Positions 1 to 12,172 of a stretch of 64,000 nt of DNA are shown piece by piece (the first letter of the stretch is position 1; each line of letters opens with the position of its first letter). Source of the stretch: Candidatus Zixiibacteriota bacterium. GTDB lineage: Bacteria > Zixibacteria > MSB-5A5 > JAABVY01. Location of the stretch: positions 16,281 to 80,280 of the forward strand of contig DSEQ01000009.1 in the NCBI GenBank assembly GCA_011056555.1, given 5' to 3'. The notes under the pieces were generated by a model. The model was not told the origin of the DNA, searched no databases, and saw only the letters and a list, made by a program, of their open reading frames with translations. The position numbers and the translations under genes were made by a program.

Positions 1-1330
1 CAAAGAATGTCACGAAAACCATGCGGAATGTGTATACTGCTGTAATAAACGCTCCAACTATTCCGGCCAGCCACAAAATCGGGCTCCCGCTGTCGGATGT
101 CCAGGCGCGCCACAAGATTAAATCCTTGCTGTAGAATCCGGCGGTTATCAGTGGCACCGCGGCAAGGGCGCCGCTTCCGATTAAGAAGGTCCAGAATGTC
201 AACGGCAGTTGTTTGCGCATCCCGCCCATCTTGAACATATTGTGCTCATGATGCAGACACATGATTAATGCTCCCGCTCCAAGAAACAGGAGCGCCTTAA
301 AGAAAGCATGGGTCATGAAATGGAACATGGCTGCCGAATACGCCCCCACACCCAGAGCCAGGAACATGTAGCCGATCTGGCTGATGGTAGAGTAGGCCAG
401 TACACGCTTTATGTCATGCTGTTTCAAAGCGCTGAATCCGGCGATTAATAATGTCGCCGCACCCACAATTGCAACCGCGGCCTGTGCGATCGGCGCAAGA
501 TCGAAGATCACATGAGTACGGGCAATCAAATACACACCGGCGGTCACCATAGTCGCGGCGTGAATCAGGGCGCTGACCGGCGAGGGACCGGCCATAGCAT
601 CCGGAAGCCATACCTGTAACGGCAGCTGGGCCGATTTTCCAACTGCTCCGCCCAGAAGCAGGAGCGCAACTGCAAGTGCAATTCCGGAGCCTGTCCCCCA
701 CTGCATCGAGGCGCTGCTCATTACTTCCTGAATATCGAGGCTGCCCAGATTCCAGAATAGCAGGAACAAGCCGATTGCCATTGCAGTATCGCCCACACGT
801 GTCGTTATGAATGCTTTTCTTGCCGCCGCGCCGTTGTAGGAATCCTTGTACCAGAAACCGATCAAAAGATAACTGCACAGGCCCACACCTTCCCATCCAA
901 GATACAGCAGCACAAGGTTATTTGCCAGTACCAGGGTCAGCATCGAGCCGACAAACAGGTTCATATAGGCAAAGAAACGGCTGAAGCCCTCATCATCTTC
1001 CATGAACTCCCAGGAATAAAGATGAATCAAGAAGCCGACAATAGTTACTACCAGCATCATTAAAAGCGAGAGCGCGTCCAGATGAAACGCTATCTCGGGC
1101 TGGAAATTGCCGACGCCGATCCATGTCCATAGCCTTTGCAGGAATAAGTCCCCCTCAGGGGGTGATGATATAAACTGAATACCAATCAGTACAGATATAA
1201 CAGCCGATATGCCGACCGAGCCCACGCCCAGCAGTCCGGAAACTGACTTCGGCATGCGCTTACCGAATACGGCCAGAATGGCAAAGCTGAAATATGGAAT
1301 AGCCGGTACCAGCCACAATAGACTCAGCAT
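1..1330 (-). CDS. nuoL: NADH-quinone oxidoreductase subunit L; 5' part only (about 443 codons), 3' end lies beyond the window edge
   Basis: My own minus-strand translation from the ATG at 1330-1328 reads MLSLLWLVPAIPYFSFAILAVFGKRMPKS...LYLGWEGVGLCSYLLIGFWY...QLPLQVWLPDAMAGPSPVSALIHAATMVTAGVYL. These are the NuoL/ND5 antiporter-like signatures. The frame stays open to position 1 and the start abuts the nuoK stop at 1331. The ORF track misses it because it has no stop in the window. Confidence 0.9.
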   Translation of the reverse strand, partial: MLSLLWLVPAIPYFSFAILAVFGKRMPKSVSGLLGVGSVGISAVISVLIGIQFISSPPEGDLFLQRLWTWIGVGNFQPEIAFHLDALSLLMMLVVTIVGFLIHLYSWEFMEDDEGFSRFFAYMNLFVGSMLTLVLANNLVLLYLGWEGVGLCSYLLIGFWYKDSYNGAAARKAFITTRVGDTAMAIGLFLLFWNLGSLDIQEVMSSASMQWGTGSGIALAVALLLLGGAVGKSAQLPLQVWLPDAMAGPSPVSALIHAATMVTAGVYLIARTHVIFDLAPIAQAAVAIVGAATLLIAGFSALKQHDIKRVLAYSTISQIGYMFLALGVGAYSAAMFHFMTHAFFKALLFLGAGALIMCLHHEHNMFKMGGMRKQLPLTFWTFLIGSGALAAVPLITAGFYSKDLILWRAWTSDSGSPILWLAGIVGAFITAVYTFRMVFVTFF

Positions 1331-1639
1331 CTATCCCCTCATCCTGCTCACCTGATCGGAATCAAGCGTCTTGAATTTACGGTACATAAGTAACACCAGT
1401 GCCAGCCCAACCGCCACCTCAGCCGCAGCCATAGCCAGGATGAACATAAACATGATCTGGCCCTCGGCCTGCGCCCATCTTGCGCCGGCCACCACAAAGG
1501 CCAAACCGGCAGCATTGAGCATAACCTCAATCGAGAGCAGCATGAAGATAATATTCCTGCGCACCAGAAGGCCGATCAATCCCAGCATAAACAGTACGGC
1601 CGCCAAAAGCAGCCCGTGTTCCATAGGAATTGCAGTCAT
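1331..1639 (-). CDS. nuoK: NADH-quinone oxidoreductase subunit K
   Basis: 102-aa product with three TM helices ([40 protein letters not shown]...[13 protein letters not shown]), typical of NuoK/ND4L. It sits in nuo gene order. Confidence 0.95.
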   Translation of the reverse strand: MTAIPMEHGLLLAAVLFMLGLIGLLVRRNIIFMLLSIEVMLNAAGLAFVVAGARWAQAEGQIMFMFILAMAAAEVAVGLALVLLMYRKFKTLDSDQVSRMRG

Positions 1640-1679
1640 AATTTCTTTGCCGCTCCTCTTTTTATGTCTACATCAAAAA

Positions 1680-2174
1680 TCAATCTTCGTCCCTGCGTCC
1701 CAGATGAAAAGCTCCCACGAGTCCGGCCAATAAAAGCATTCCCGCCAGCTCAAGCCCGACTAGGTATGAGCTGTACAGGCCGATTCCGACGGCCTTGGGC
1801 CCGACCATCTCAAAACCGGCGGCACGGTTGGAACCGCTTGCCAGCATATAAACCAGTTCAATTCCAAGAATAGCCGCCAGAATGGCAGGACCCACGTACA
1901 TTCTCGGATTGACCCAGCTGCTTTCCAGTTCCGCGGCCTTTTTGCCCATATTCAGCATCATCATCACGAACACAAACAGCACCATAATCGCCCCCGCATA
2001 GATGATTACTTCCAGGGCGCCGATAAAAGGCGCACCCAGGGTGAAAAAGATCACCGCGACAGAAAGTAACGATACAATCAGGTACAGCAATGCGTGAACA
2101 GCATTCATGCGCGTTATAACCATCACGGTCGACAAAACCGCCACTGCCGATGAGATGTAGAAAATTATTGCCAT
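1680..2174 (-). CDS. nuoJ: NADH-quinone oxidoreductase subunit J
   Basis: 164-aa hydrophobic protein (YLIVSLLSVAVIFFTLGAPFIGALEVIIYAGAIMVLFVFVMMML) matching the NuoJ/ND6 pattern. It lies between nuoI and nuoK. Confidence 0.9.
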   Translation of the reverse strand: MAIIFYISSAVAVLSTVMVITRMNAVHALLYLIVSLLSVAVIFFTLGAPFIGALEVIIYAGAIMVLFVFVMMMLNMGKKAAELESSWVNPRMYVGPAILAAILGIELVYMLASGSNRAAGFEMVGPKAVGIGLYSSYLVGLELAGMLLLAGLVGAFHLGRRDED

Positions 2175-2202
2175 AAGTTAAACCGCCATCTGCCTATCTT
2201 AC

Positions 2203-2718
2203 TCAAGGCAGCAACTTCTTGAAGTCAATCGGTTCATCCTCATTTTCCGCCTCGCCCTTGTCCTTATCTTTGATTTTAAGCCCGGCAACCTTGTAAAAGT
2301 GATAACCGGGATATTTTCCCTCACCTGAAATCAGTAAGTCCTCTTTTTCATAGACCAGATTGGGACGCTCTGGTTCTGACATCTCGAAATCCGGGGTCAA
2401 CTGGATCGCATAGGTCGGGCAGGCCTCCTCGCACAGTCCGCAATAAATGCACCTGGAAAAATTTATCCGGAAAAATTCGGGATAGCGCCGGCCATGTTCG
2501 TCCTCGGTCGCCTGCAGTGAGATACAATCCACCGGGCAGGCCGCCGAACACAGATAGCAGGCCACACATCTTTCATCGCCGTCAGGATCGCGCGATAGAA
2601 TAATTCGTCCACGATACCGCGGACGCAGCTTTACCTTTTCATCCGGGTACTGTACAGTCTCACGCTTACCAAACATGTGCAGGATAACTGTCCAGATTGT
2701 CTTTATAATACTTATCAT
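2203..2718 (-). CDS. nuoI: NADH-quinone oxidoreductase subunit I (2x[4Fe-4S] ferredoxin-type)
   Basis: Two CxxCxxCxxxCP motifs are present ([12 protein letters not shown] and [12 protein letters not shown]). Confidence 0.95.
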   Translation of the reverse strand: MISIIKTIWTVILHMFGKRETVQYPDEKVKLRPRYRGRIILSRDPDGDERCVACYLCSAACPVDCISLQATEDEHGRRYPEFFRINFSRCIYCGLCEEACPTYAIQLTPDFEMSEPERPNLVYEKEDLLISGEGKYPGYHFYKVAGLKIKDKDKGEAENEDEPIDFKKLLP

Positions 2719-2727
2719 ATATTCTCC

Positions 2728-3690
2728 TCAATGCCCCTGTCTGACAGCAAGCAGAACCGCTCCTGTCACGACAAGATTCAGGATCGCCAACGGCAGCATG
2801 AGCTTCCAGCCCCACGACATAAGCTGATCGAAACGCGGACGGGGAAGCGAGGCCCGCAGCAATATGAAGAAACATATAAAGGCAAACAGCTTTATGAAAA
2901 ACCAGACTAGGGGCGGAAGAAACGGCCCATGCCATCCGCCCAGAAAAAATGTCGTGATGACTGCCGATATCAGTACAATGCCGATATATTCGCCCACAAA
3001 AAACATTCCGAACTTCATCCCCGAATACTCGGAATGAAATCCGGCCACAAGTTCGCTTTCCGCCTCGGGTATATCAAACGGCAGGCGATGCATCTCAGCC
3101 AGCCCCGCCACCGTGAAAACCACAAATCCAAAAAACTGCGGGACAATGTTCCACATGCCCGCCTGGGCATTTACAATCTCGCGCAGATTAAATGATCCCG
3201 CCATCGCTACAACTCCCAGAAGAGAAAGCCCCATGAATACCTCATAGCTGATCATCTGCGAGGCGGCCCTGAGCCCGCCCAGAAGGGAATATTTATTATT
3301 TGACGACCATCCGCCCAAAACAACGCTGTATGCTCCCAGTGACGACATCGCCAGAAAGAACAACACGCCGACATTGATATCCATCACTCCGATACCCGGC
3401 GCGATCGGAATCACAGCAAACGACATCAGGACTGTCAGCATGATTATTCCCGGAGCGATAAAGAAAACAAACTTATCGGCAAAGGGAGGTATCCAGTCCT
3501 CCTTGAAAAAAATCTTAATCATATCGGCTATCACCTGAAATATACCGAATGGTCCTACGCGGTTGGGGCCGTAACGGTCCTGCCACAGCGCCAGGAGACG
3601 GCGCTCGAGCCAGATTAATCCGGGCGCAAGCGTAAATACGCCCAGAAGTATGCCGATTGCTGTTAATGCTGACCAGTCTAAATTAATCAT
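2728..3690 (-). CDS. nuoH: NADH-quinone oxidoreductase subunit H
   Basis: 320-aa polytopic protein with [37 protein letters not shown] and [16 protein letters not shown], both NuoH/ND1 hallmarks. Confidence 0.95.
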   Translation of the reverse strand: MINLDWSALTAIGILLGVFTLAPGLIWLERRLLALWQDRYGPNRVGPFGIFQVIADMIKIFFKEDWIPPFADKFVFFIAPGIIMLTVLMSFAVIPIAPGIGVMDINVGVLFFLAMSSLGAYSVVLGGWSSNNKYSLLGGLRAASQMISYEVFMGLSLLGVVAMAGSFNLREIVNAQAGMWNIVPQFFGFVVFTVAGLAEMHRLPFDIPEAESELVAGFHSEYSGMKFGMFFVGEYIGIVLISAVITTFFLGGWHGPFLPPLVWFFIKLFAFICFFILLRASLPRPRFDQLMSWGWKLMLPLAILNLVVTGAVLLAVRQGH

Positions 3691-3691
3691 A

Positions 3692-6388
3692 TCATTTCGC
3701 TATTTTGCCGAATGCGGGCAATTCAAAGTAGTTCATGCCGGGCAGGCCGACCGGAATACCCGCAATATTATCCGGAAGACTGTTCATAATTTTTACCGGC
3801 AGACTGATTTGACCATCCTTTATACTTACCTTGACTTTATCCCTTGAACTCACACCTGTCTTTTCAGCGCTCCTTTTGTTCAATGCCAGGTATGCATCCG
3901 GCACAAGCTCCGAAACGGCCTCGGCTTCATTGCTCAATTCCTCACTTCCGAAGATATGATATAACGGCACGAAATAGAACTCATCCTGACGAGGTTTGAA
4001 GGCATCAGGAATAGTCTTGAAGTATTCCGGCTTGGCATGATCTCCGGGCTCGATTAATCGAACACCCGGATCGCCGCCCTTCAGCTCACCCGCAACTTCC
4101 TGTTGATACCTGGCCACCGACTGCACCGAATTCCATCCCGGCGCCCAGAAGAAAGAAATCAGCGATGAGGGCCTCGGGCCGGCAAAACCTTCCATCGAAA
4201 ACGACAAAGGCGAATCGGGATCATCCGGCGGCTTTGGTTCATGCACACTTTTATCAGCATACATTGCAGTGCGGCCGCTGTATCTCATGGGTGCACGAGG
4301 AATTTTCTGCTCATTAATTCTGAAATTTGCCGAGGGCGCAATTTCAATCTTCGGATTAATTCCCTCAAGACTATTTAAAACGGCATCACTTATATCATCC
4401 AGTGCTTTCCATTTTTCAGCTTTTTTGTCATCCAGCTTTATCATGATATCACGAATCCATCGCCAGCTTTCCTGAAGAATCGGATCCGGGTTCAGTGCCT
4501 GGAAGAAACGCTGCACCCTTCCTTCATTATTTATCAACGTCCCATCACCCTCGGCAAATGCAGCCGCAGGCAAAATGGCAGAGGCCCCTTCACTGGTTCT
4601 ATTTTTCAAATAATCCACGACAATTAGATTTGCGCATTTTTCCAAAAATTTATCTACTTGTGTTTTATCAGCATGCCGATACAAATCACTCTCAAGAATA
4701 ATAACCGTATCGGCAGTACCATTTTCCACATCTTCAAAGGCCTTTTCGAGATCGTACCCGCCCAAAAAAGCAGTACCCATGCTGTTGCATTCAGGTAAGG
4801 TATAAACTATATCAGCCTTCCTGTCATCCCTACAAAGTGCCCGGGCAACATTGGCGGCGGCCTCGATCACAGCCTCGCTTCGCATGCTCATACCGGAGAT
4901 TAGCACCGGCTGTCTGGCGTTTTTCAGTGCCCCGGCAATTTCTTCGGCCATGGTCTTTATTTCATCGGGAAGACCCTCAACCGCAGGCGATGATTCATCC
5001 AGTGCATGCGCCACAGCGTAACCAAGACGCGCTATGTCGTCAGGGGCGGCACGATATGTTTTGGCCGCGAATTCGTCCAGTTTGGTCCAGGACGGCGTGG
5101 CCAGATAAAACGGCCCTTTCTCATCCTGCAGGTATTCGCGGATCGCAGCGTCGTTCCACCTGTCGATATGTATCTGCTGAATATCATCGATCGGCTTGTT
5201 CCGTATGGCCTGCTTGACCGCCAGATCCAGCATCGGCGCAGTATTTGTCAAATCCTCTCCCAGTACAAAAACAGCATCGGCCGTTTCGACATCATGAAGA
5301 GAGGCCGGCCGCGCAGGACCATTTCTCAAAATACTTAATATTTTTCGGGCAAGTTTATTCTCCCTGGCAGATAAACCGGAATAGAAATTGTGCTCGCCCA
5401 CCATGCTTTTCAAAGCGAAATTTGCTTCCAGGCTTGCGCGAGGTGATCCTATGCCAATTACTTTGCTCCTGTCCTTCAATAATTCAGAGGTTTTTGCGGC
5501 GGCAGAGTCTCGATCAAAATCTTCAACCTTACCCTCAAATATCGGTTTTCTAATCCTCTTGTTGCTATTGGTAAATTCGTAGCCGAATCTTCCGCGATCA
5601 CACATAAAGTAGCCGTTAACCCGTCGGTTATACCTGTTCAATATCCGCACCGCTTTGTTGTATCTTTCGCCCACCAGCGTATTGCATCCCAGGCTGCAGT
5701 GATGACATACAGACGGCGCGCTCTGCAAATCCCATTTGCGGGTGTAATGCTTTTTCAATGTTTTGTCCGTGAATACTCCTGTGGGACACACCTCTACCAA
5801 ATTACCGCTGAATTCGCTTTGCAGTATGCCCTCTTCACTTCGTCCAAAATAGACATAATCATGCGAGGCCATATCCTGCAAATCCTTGCCGCCCGCATAA
5901 TCCCGGTAAAACCTTACACAGCGATAACAGGCAATACAGCGGTTCATCTCGTGATTTATAAACGGCCCGAGATATTGGTTTCTGTGTGTACGTTTCTTGA
6001 AGCGGAACTTACGATAATTATGTCCGGTCATTACGGTCATATCCTGCAGGTGGCATTCGCCGCCCTCGTCGCAAACCGGGCAGTCATGCGGATGGTTCAC
6101 CATCAGCCATTCGATAATACTGGCCCGGAACTTGCGCGCAGCGGCGGCTTCAATCGAAATTCTCATCCCGTCCTGCACCGGCTGCATACAGGCCATAATC
6201 AGATTGCCCTCTTTATCATCCTCATCCCTGTACTGGATCACCGCACACTGCCGGCAGGCACCCACAGAACCAAGCGCCGGGTGCCAGCAGAAATAGGGCA
6301 AATTAAGGCCGAGCGATAGAACGGCCTGCAGAAGGTTCTGGCCCTTTTCGACCTCGTATGATTTATCATCTATGTAAATAGTAACCAT
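3692..6388 (-). CDS. nuoG: NADH-quinone oxidoreductase subunit G (long, molybdopterin-like C-terminal domain)
   Basis: The N-terminus has a 2Fe-2S ferredoxin fold ([45 protein letters not shown]). It is followed by [18 protein letters not shown] and [11 protein letters not shown] cluster motifs. The product is 898 aa. Confidence 0.95.
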   Translation of the reverse strand: MVTIYIDDKSYEVEKGQNLLQAVLSLGLNLPYFCWHPALGSVGACRQCAVIQYRDEDDKEGNLIMACMQPVQDGMRISIEAAAARKFRASIIEWLMVNHPHDCPVCDEGGECHLQDMTVMTGHNYRKFRFKKRTHRNQYLGPFINHEMNRCIACYRCVRFYRDYAGGKDLQDMASHDYVYFGRSEEGILQSEFSGNLVEVCPTGVFTDKTLKKHYTRKWDLQSAPSVCHHCSLGCNTLVGERYNKAVRILNRYNRRVNGYFMCDRGRFGYEFTNSNKRIRKPIFEGKVEDFDRDSAAAKTSELLKDRSKVIGIGSPRASLEANFALKSMVGEHNFYSGLSARENKLARKILSILRNGPARPASLHDVETADAVFVLGEDLTNTAPMLDLAVKQAIRNKPIDDIQQIHIDRWNDAAIREYLQDEKGPFYLATPSWTKLDEFAAKTYRAAPDDIARLGYAVAHALDESSPAVEGLPDEIKTMAEEIAGALKNARQPVLISGMSMRSEAVIEAAANVARALCRDDRKADIVYTLPECNSMGTAFLGGYDLEKAFEDVENGTADTVIILESDLYRHADKTQVDKFLEKCANLIVVDYLKNRTSEGASAILPAAAFAEGDGTLINNEGRVQRFFQALNPDPILQESWRWIRDIMIKLDDKKAEKWKALDDISDAVLNSLEGINPKIEIAPSANFRINEQKIPRAPMRYSGRTAMYADKSVHEPKPPDDPDSPLSFSMEGFAGPRPSSLISFFWAPGWNSVQSVARYQQEVAGELKGGDPGVRLIEPGDHAKPEYFKTIPDAFKPRQDEFYFVPLYHIFGSEELSNEAEAVSELVPDAYLALNKRSAEKTGVSSRDKVKVSIKDGQISLPVKIMNSLPDNIAGIPVGLPGMNYFELPAFGKIAK

Positions 6389-6391
6389 ATC

Positions 6392-7669
6392 TTACTTTCT
6401 CCAGGGACACTGCTTATCCTTGATGTGTTTCTCGAAGTCATCTCGAAAGTATTTCAATGCGCTCTGCAATGGTTCCACCGCACCAGGCGCCAGCGCGCAG
6501 AATGTCCTGCCGGGGCCCAGGAAGTTGCAATGCAGCTCGAGCTGCTCCAGGTCCTCCATGCGTCCCTCGCCGTTTTCGATAGCCATCAGCATCTTATGCG
6601 TCCACGGGAGCCCATCACGGCAGGGCGTGCACCATCCGCAGGATTCCTGTGCGAAAAACTTTTCGAGGTTCACAAGCATCGCCACCGGACAGGTTTTATC
6701 ATCCAGAATGATCATCGTCCCGGTACCCATCCTGCTTCCAACCTTCATAATGGAACCAAAATCCATCGGTGTATCCAGATGCTCCTCCACCAGAAAATCT
6801 GTCGAGGCCCCGCCGGGGAGAAGGCCCTTGAATTTGTATCCATCCCGCATCCCGCCGGCATGCTCCTCCAGAATCTCCCGCACAGTCGTCCCCATCGGAA
6901 GCTCCCATGCTCCCGGCCTTTTCACCCTCCCGCTCACGCCGTAAATCTTGGTACCTCCGTCGCCGGTTTTGCTGAGCTTTTTGTACCAGTCGGCGCCATT
7001 GACAATAATGCCCGGCACATTGCAGAGCGTCTCAACATTCTGCACAATCGACGGCTTTCCCCAGAGCCCGCTGGTCTGGGGGAAGGGTGGCTTGGCGCGG
7101 GGAGTGGCACGTTTGCCCTCCAGCGCATTCAAAAGCCCTGTCTCCTCACCGCACATGTAGCGTCCGGCGGAAACATGAATATACATCTCCAGATCATAGC
7201 CGCTGCCGAGAATATTCTTACCGAGATATCCCGCCTCATATGCCTCTGCAATCGCTTTCCGCAGCAGTTCCTCCGACCGCTTGTAAGCCCAGCGCAAAAA
7301 GATATATGCGGCGCGGGCCTGAATTGCATATGACGAGATTATCATGCCCTCGATCAGGAGATGCGGATCGCCCTCCATCAAGATTCTATCCTTGAATGTG
7401 CCCGGCTCCATCTCGTCGGCATTGGCGATCAGATACTTTGTTCTGGGAGCCTCATCACCCATCGGCACAAAGCTCCACTTCATGCCGGTGCCGAAACCGG
7501 CTCCGCCTCTGCCTCGAAGGTTGGCGTCGGTAACCTCCTCCTGCACCTTCTGCGGGGACATCTCCCTCAATGCCTTTTTGAACCCTGCGTAACCTCCGGC
7601 CCTTTCATAGCCCCTGATATCAAGAGGTCCGCGCTCGGGATCAATATTTTTTGTCAGCGGTTTTTCCAT
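6392..7669 (-). CDS. nuoF: NADH-quinone oxidoreductase subunit F (NADH/FMN-binding)
   Basis: Motifs GRGGAGFGTGMKW, YICGEETGLLNALEG-like (YMCGEETGLLNALEG) and ESCGWCTPCRDG are all present. Confidence 0.95.
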   Translation of the reverse strand: MEKPLTKNIDPERGPLDIRGYERAGGYAGFKKALREMSPQKVQEEVTDANLRGRGGAGFGTGMKWSFVPMGDEAPRTKYLIANADEMEPGTFKDRILMEGDPHLLIEGMIISSYAIQARAAYIFLRWAYKRSEELLRKAIAEAYEAGYLGKNILGSGYDLEMYIHVSAGRYMCGEETGLLNALEGKRATPRAKPPFPQTSGLWGKPSIVQNVETLCNVPGIIVNGADWYKKLSKTGDGGTKIYGVSGRVKRPGAWELPMGTTVREILEEHAGGMRDGYKFKGLLPGGASTDFLVEEHLDTPMDFGSIMKVGSRMGTGTMIILDDKTCPVAMLVNLEKFFAQESCGWCTPCRDGLPWTHKMLMAIENGEGRMEDLEQLELHCNFLGPGRTFCALAPGAVEPLQSALKYFRDDFEKHIKDKQCPWRK

Positions 7670-7671
7670 TT

Positions 7672-8136
7672 TTATTTCAGCTTATCAATGATTTCATCAA
7701 TTCTTTCAGGGGTCAGATCCCCATATGTTTCCCTGTCGATTATCATGGCCGGGGCCCTCTCACATACCCCCAGGCACGGGATTGTCAGAAGAGTAAACTT
7801 GCCGTCTGCGGTGGTCTCGCCCAGGTCAATCCCCAGCTTTTTTTTCAGATGGTCCAGAACGGTATCATATCCCATAATCCAGCAGCTCACACTATCGCAA
7901 ATCAGGATTACATGCTCCCCCACCTCGCGCCTGAATATCAGGCTGTAGAATGTCGCCACGCTGTCGAGTGCATCCAGGGACATCTCAAGATATTCAGCCA
8001 GATCCTTGAGGCTATCGTCGGAAACCCATCTGCGATGACGCTGGATAATCTTGAGCGCCTCGATCACAACCGCCTGCCTGGTCGGGCTGTGAGAGAGCTC
8101 CTGGTCTATCTCCTTCTTTTCTTCTTCACTCAGCAT
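7672..8136 (-). CDS. nuoE: NADH-quinone oxidoreductase subunit E (2Fe-2S)
   Basis: 154-aa thioredoxin-like 2Fe-2S subunit with cysteine ligands in ILICDSVSCWIMG and IPCLGVCERAP. Confidence 0.95.
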   Translation of the reverse strand: MLSEEEKKEIDQELSHSPTRQAVVIEALKIIQRHRRWVSDDSLKDLAEYLEMSLDALDSVATFYSLIFRREVGEHVILICDSVSCWIMGYDTVLDHLKKKLGIDLGETTADGKFTLLTIPCLGVCERAPAMIIDRETYGDLTPERIDEIIDKLK

Positions 8137-8151
8137 TCATCCAATTCCTCA

Positions 8152-9912
8152 TCATCTGTCCACATCCGCCAGTACAAAATCGATACTTCCCAGGATCGAG
8201 AGCACATCCGCCACAGTCTCGCCCCTTGAAATATAGGGCACCATCTGGATATGCGGGAACGACGGCGCTCGTATTCTTGTGCGGTAAGAAATCGTATTCC
8301 CATCCGAGATCAAATAATAGCCGTTTACCCCTTTGGATGCCTCAACCGCCGCATGAGCCTCGCCCGGCGGAATAACCGGCCCCCAGCTGACGCCCAGAAA
8401 ATGCGTGATCAAAGTCTCGATATCGTGCATGGTTCTGTCTTTTCTCGGTGGAGTTGTCAGGGGATGGTCCGATTTATAATGGCCCTCGGGCATATTCTCC
8501 AGGCACTGCCGGATTATCCTCAAACTCTGGCGCATTTCCTCCACACGAACAAGCGCACGATCATAGCAATCTCCGTGGTCGGCAGTGGGAATATCAAACT
8601 CGAACTGGTCTATACCCGAGTATGGCCTCTTCTTGCGGTAGTCCCATTCGAGTCCTGTGGCACGCAGACCCGACCCGGTCACGCCCCATTCAATCGCCTC
8701 TTCGGTATTATATGCGCCGATACCGACGGTGCGGGCCTTGAAAATCCTGTTCTTCATGACCATGGTATCATACTCTTTAAGCCTCTTGGGCATATACTCC
8801 AGAAACTCTTTTAGCATTTCATCCCAGCCCTTTGGCAGGTCCGCCGCCGTACCGCCGATCCTGAACCAGCTTGGATGCATCCTTCCGCCCGTGACCGCCT
8901 CCACAATCTGGAAAATCCGTTCACGGTCATTGAACATGAAAAAGACCGGGGAAAGAGCCCCCAGATCCTGGGCAAAGGTTCCATACCACACAAGATGACT
9001 GGCAATACGAAACAGCTCGGTCATCATGATCCGGATCACCTGAGCTCGCTGCGGGACCTCGATTCCGGCCAGCTTCTCGACCGCCATCACATAGGGGAAA
9101 TTGTTCATCACTCCCCCCAGATAGTCAATGCGGTCGGTGTATGGTATATATGTATGCCATGACTGCCGCTCGCCCATCTTCTCCGCTCCGCGGTGATGAA
9201 ACCCGATGTCGGGAACGATATCGACAATCATCTCGCCATCGATCTGCAGTATCAGACGCAGGACGCCGTGGGTGCCCGGATGCTGGGGGCCGAGATTGAG
9301 GAACATAAATTCCGTGTCCTCGCTCTCGCGTTTCATACCCCATTCCTCGGGCTTGAACCGCATCGCCTCCTGTTCACGGTCCTGTTTTTCCTGAGGAAGC
9401 GAAAACTGGCCCATCTCTGTGGCTCGCGCGGGGTGCTCCTTGCGAAGGGGATGGCCCTCCCATGTCCAGGGCATCAGGATTCGGCGCAGGTTCGGATGAC
9501 CGTCGAATTTAATGCCGAACATATCATAAACTTCACGCTCGTACCAGTTGGCGTTGTGCCACATATGAGTAATCGTATCGATTGAAGGATATTTGCCGTC
9601 AAGGGCGGTTTTTATTCTGATATCTTCGTTGCGGTCAACCGAGAGCAGGTGGTACACTACCGTAAAAGCGCCATCCGGCTGGCCGTTGCGATTCTGGCGG
9701 GAACGCTCATCGATCGCAGTAAGATCATAAAGCATCCTGTAAGGCCTTTCCGCCTCATCTTTGAGATACTGCAGGACACTACGGACATCAGCCTTATCTA
9801 CCCAGAACGTGGGAATTCCGTCTTTGCTCCGCTGGGGGGCAATTCTGGCATCCCGAAAACGTTCAATCAGATCCAGCTCAATCTGCGGCTCTTTCATATT
9901 CTTTTGATTCAT
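8152..9912 (-). CDS. nuoCD: Fused NADH-quinone oxidoreductase subunit C/D
   Basis: The 586-aa product has a NuoC-like N-terminal half ([26 protein letters not shown]). Its C-terminal half is NuoD-like ([16 protein letters not shown]...RIGGTA...[13 protein letters not shown]...FVLADVDR). Confidence 0.95.
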   Translation of the reverse strand: MNQKNMKEPQIELDLIERFRDARIAPQRSKDGIPTFWVDKADVRSVLQYLKDEAERPYRMLYDLTAIDERSRQNRNGQPDGAFTVVYHLLSVDRNEDIRIKTALDGKYPSIDTITHMWHNANWYEREVYDMFGIKFDGHPNLRRILMPWTWEGHPLRKEHPARATEMGQFSLPQEKQDREQEAMRFKPEEWGMKRESEDTEFMFLNLGPQHPGTHGVLRLILQIDGEMIVDIVPDIGFHHRGAEKMGERQSWHTYIPYTDRIDYLGGVMNNFPYVMAVEKLAGIEVPQRAQVIRIMMTELFRIASHLVWYGTFAQDLGALSPVFFMFNDRERIFQIVEAVTGGRMHPSWFRIGGTAADLPKGWDEMLKEFLEYMPKRLKEYDTMVMKNRIFKARTVGIGAYNTEEAIEWGVTGSGLRATGLEWDYRKKRPYSGIDQFEFDIPTADHGDCYDRALVRVEEMRQSLRIIRQCLENMPEGHYKSDHPLTTPPRKDRTMHDIETLITHFLGVSWGPVIPPGEAHAAVEASKGVNGYYLISDGNTISYRTRIRAPSFPHIQMVPYISRGETVADVLSILGSIDFVLADVDR

Positions 9913-9921
9913 AAAAGTCAG

Positions 9922-10563
9922 CTAAATTTGATCAGGCGTACGTAAATCCTTTATCTTTCTTCTCTCTTCGCGCTTTAGATCCCGCCGTGCCGGAAGCTTG
10001 CCTTTCTCGACTCCCTGCGGGCCGATCACCCAGCTCAGGGGGCGCTTTTCCCTGCCGACCGATTCACGCAGGAGCAGCAGCCCTTCCATGAAAGCCTCAG
10101 GTCTGGGCGGACATCCGGGGACATAGATATCCACAGGCATAAACTTGTCCACTCCCTGTACAACGCTGTAGATATCATACATCCCGCCGGAATTGGCGCA
10201 GGAACCCATAGAGATAACCCATCTCGGCTCCATCATCTGATCATACAAACGCCTCACTATGGGCGCCATCTTGATAAAGACCGTTCCGGCAACTATCATA
10301 ACATCCGCTTCACGAGGTGTGCCCCGGATAACCTCTGCTCCGAAACGGGCGATGTCGAACTTACTGGTGAGGCTGGTGGCCATCTCCACAAAACAGCAGG
10401 ACAGGCCGAATGAAAACGGCCACATGGAATTTTTGCGTCCCCATGCGATCAGGTCCTGAAGACGCGAGAGCACCAAGCTCTTTTGAATCGATTTCTGAAA
10501 AGAATCATCAGCCATTTCGTCCGGATGAATTCCGGAGTCCGATAATTTGTGTATCTTGTTCAT
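9922..10563 (-). CDS. nuoB: NADH-quinone oxidoreductase subunit B
   Basis: Motifs [15 protein letters not shown] and GCPPRPE (the N2 cluster ligands) are present. The protein ends in a basic C-terminal tail. Confidence 0.95.
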   Translation of the reverse strand: MNKIHKLSDSGIHPDEMADDSFQKSIQKSLVLSRLQDLIAWGRKNSMWPFSFGLSCCFVEMATSLTSKFDIARFGAEVIRGTPREADVMIVAGTVFIKMAPIVRRLYDQMMEPRWVISMGSCANSGGMYDIYSVVQGVDKFMPVDIYVPGCPPRPEAFMEGLLLLRESVGREKRPLSWVIGPQGVEKGKLPARRDLKREERRKIKDLRTPDQI

Positions 10564-10565
10564 AT

Positions 10566-10979
10566 CTAAAAATCACCTCTTTGCCGATATTTTCCTGCAG
10601 ACTGGCCTATCCAGTCCAGCGCGCCCATGCGCCACTCATAAACAAGCCCTGCCACCAGTATGGCCAGAAATACAAGCAGTGCTGTATAACCCGGCCATCC
10701 CAGCTCCACCGCACCTACGGCCCAGGCGAAGATGAATACAACTTCCAGGTCGAAAATTACAAACAGCATTGCAACAAGATAGAATTTGGCTGAAAACCTT
10801 ATGCGTGCGGATTCGGTGGTCTTTATTCCCGATTCATAGGGCTCATTGGTCTCGTGATCAGTGTGACGCTGCCCCAGGATATAAGACAGCCCATACATGA
10901 CGGCTAATACAAACAGGACTCCCAGAGTGTATACCAGGAAAGGCAGGATGTTCAGAGTCTGATGCCAGAACGCATCCAA
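10566..10979 (-). CDS. nuoA: NADH-quinone oxidoreductase subunit A
   Basis: 137 aa with PYESGI and FDLEVVFIF motifs. The TTG start is preceded by AAGGAG 8 nt upstream on the minus strand. Confidence 0.9.
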   Translation of the reverse strand: MDAFWHQTLNILPFLVYTLGVLFVLAVMYGLSYILGQRHTDHETNEPYESGIKTTESARIRFSAKFYLVAMLFVIFDLEVVFIFAWAVGAVELGWPGYTALLVFLAILVAGLVYEWRMGALDWIGQSAGKYRQRGDF

Positions 10980-11313
10980 GCTGCAAACTCCTTTTGTTTT
11001 GTGATCAAATTCACATGACTGAATGCGGAAACGAAATACTCAAAAAATCATCAGCATTTTAATGTGAATTTGCTCATGGCAACCGGAAGCTGCATTATTT
11101 TCAAGCCCTTTACTTTTATTGATGGCACCGGTATAAACTGGTGCTCCTCTTTGAATTCAAAAACAGAACCCGGTCTCAAAGTGTTCCAGATAATACCCGC
11201 TTTTAAAACTTACGTTGGCACTTGACAGCACGAATAAGTCGGTTCTATTATCTCTGATTATAAAACATCGGAGGCATTATTGCAAGTATAATGGGGGAAA
11301 AAAGATAGGATGT

Positions 11314-12060
11314 TTACCTTATTCTGTGACGCACCCACAGATTGGGCTCGGTATAAATACCGACGTTTTTCGCCTCATCAATTACAAGGGGCTGCATGCC
11401 CCCTTTTATGGTGTAATCACCGCTTTCGGGAAATTTCATGTCCGTCCATTCCTCCCATTCAGATAAAGTACCCGTAACGGTTATAGATTTGTCCATAATT
11501 TTAATTATCTCGCCACCCAGTCTCAAATGTATGCGGATCCAGGGATCGAATGTTTCTCCATTTTCGGCCTTTTTATCGATATATTCATCAAAGGGCATTG
11601 AAGGGTAGTTGCTCTTCAATGTGGGTCGGAGAGGAGCAAGCAGATTCCCCATACCATATTTTTTTCCAAGCCATATCATGGCCTTAATCATCCTGGCACT
11701 TAACTTCTCATTTCTGAAATCGGGGTGAATCATTATAGCCAGAGCTGAAATGCTGTCGGGTTTACTTTTGACTTGACGATCCCGGAATGCTCGATGCATA
11801 AGTGCATCGAGGCTCGAGGGAAGATCATCAGGCGAGCCATCCCACCTGAGGGGTACTGTATGCCCGGCGGCAATTACTCTATCGTCATCCAAAACAAAAG
11901 CGATCTGATATTGGGCGAATACATTGAATAATGAACTCCAGTAGCGCACATCCCCATGCAGCAAAAACTTCGGCCACGACAATTCACTGAGTTTGTCAAT
12001 CTCGTGCTTCAAATTGGGTTTTTGATCCAGAGTGATGATGTCAAATTCATGAACCGGCAT
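11314..12060 (-). CDS. Hypothetical protein, possibly a GNAT-like acyltransferase
   Basis: 248-aa ORF with coding-like composition. The segment ALAIMIHPDFRNEKLSARMIKAMIWLGKKYG weakly resembles the GNAT acetyl-CoA-binding segment. No stronger motif was seen. Confidence 0.4.
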   Translation of the reverse strand: MPVHEFDIITLDQKPNLKHEIDKLSELSWPKFLLHGDVRYWSSLFNVFAQYQIAFVLDDDRVIAAGHTVPLRWDGSPDDLPSSLDALMHRAFRDRQVKSKPDSISALAIMIHPDFRNEKLSARMIKAMIWLGKKYGMGNLLAPLRPTLKSNYPSMPFDEYIDKKAENGETFDPWIRIHLRLGGEIIKIMDKSITVTGTLSEWEEWTDMKFPESGDYTIKGGMQPLVIDEAKNVGIYTEPNLWVRHRIR

Positions 12061-12172
12061 CTGCAGCTCTACTTGGACTGAGCGAAAGAAATTTCACATA
12101 CTGTCAGTTCTCATCCCTTCTTCAAAGGGACGGGAACTAAACTTTTTAAGCCTCTATTATTCAGATCGTAAG

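Noticed and set aside
5699-8814. Long plus-strand ORFs in the track inside the nuo operon (for example 5699-6319, 6425-7333, 7361-7948, 7651-8229, 8251-8814)
   Set aside because: All lie antisense to strongly motif-supported nuoG, nuoF, nuoE and nuoCD coding sequence. Their products are low-complexity and Arg/Pro/Ser-rich with no motifs, so they look like shadow ORFs.
11221-11252. Plus-strand TTGACA-18-TATTAT promoter-like sequence upstream of nuoA
   Set aside because: It points into the 3' end of a minus-strand gene with no plus-strand ORF downstream. It is probably a chance match in AT-rich intergenic DNA. The true nuo promoter must be on the minus strand, and I could not identify it convincingly.
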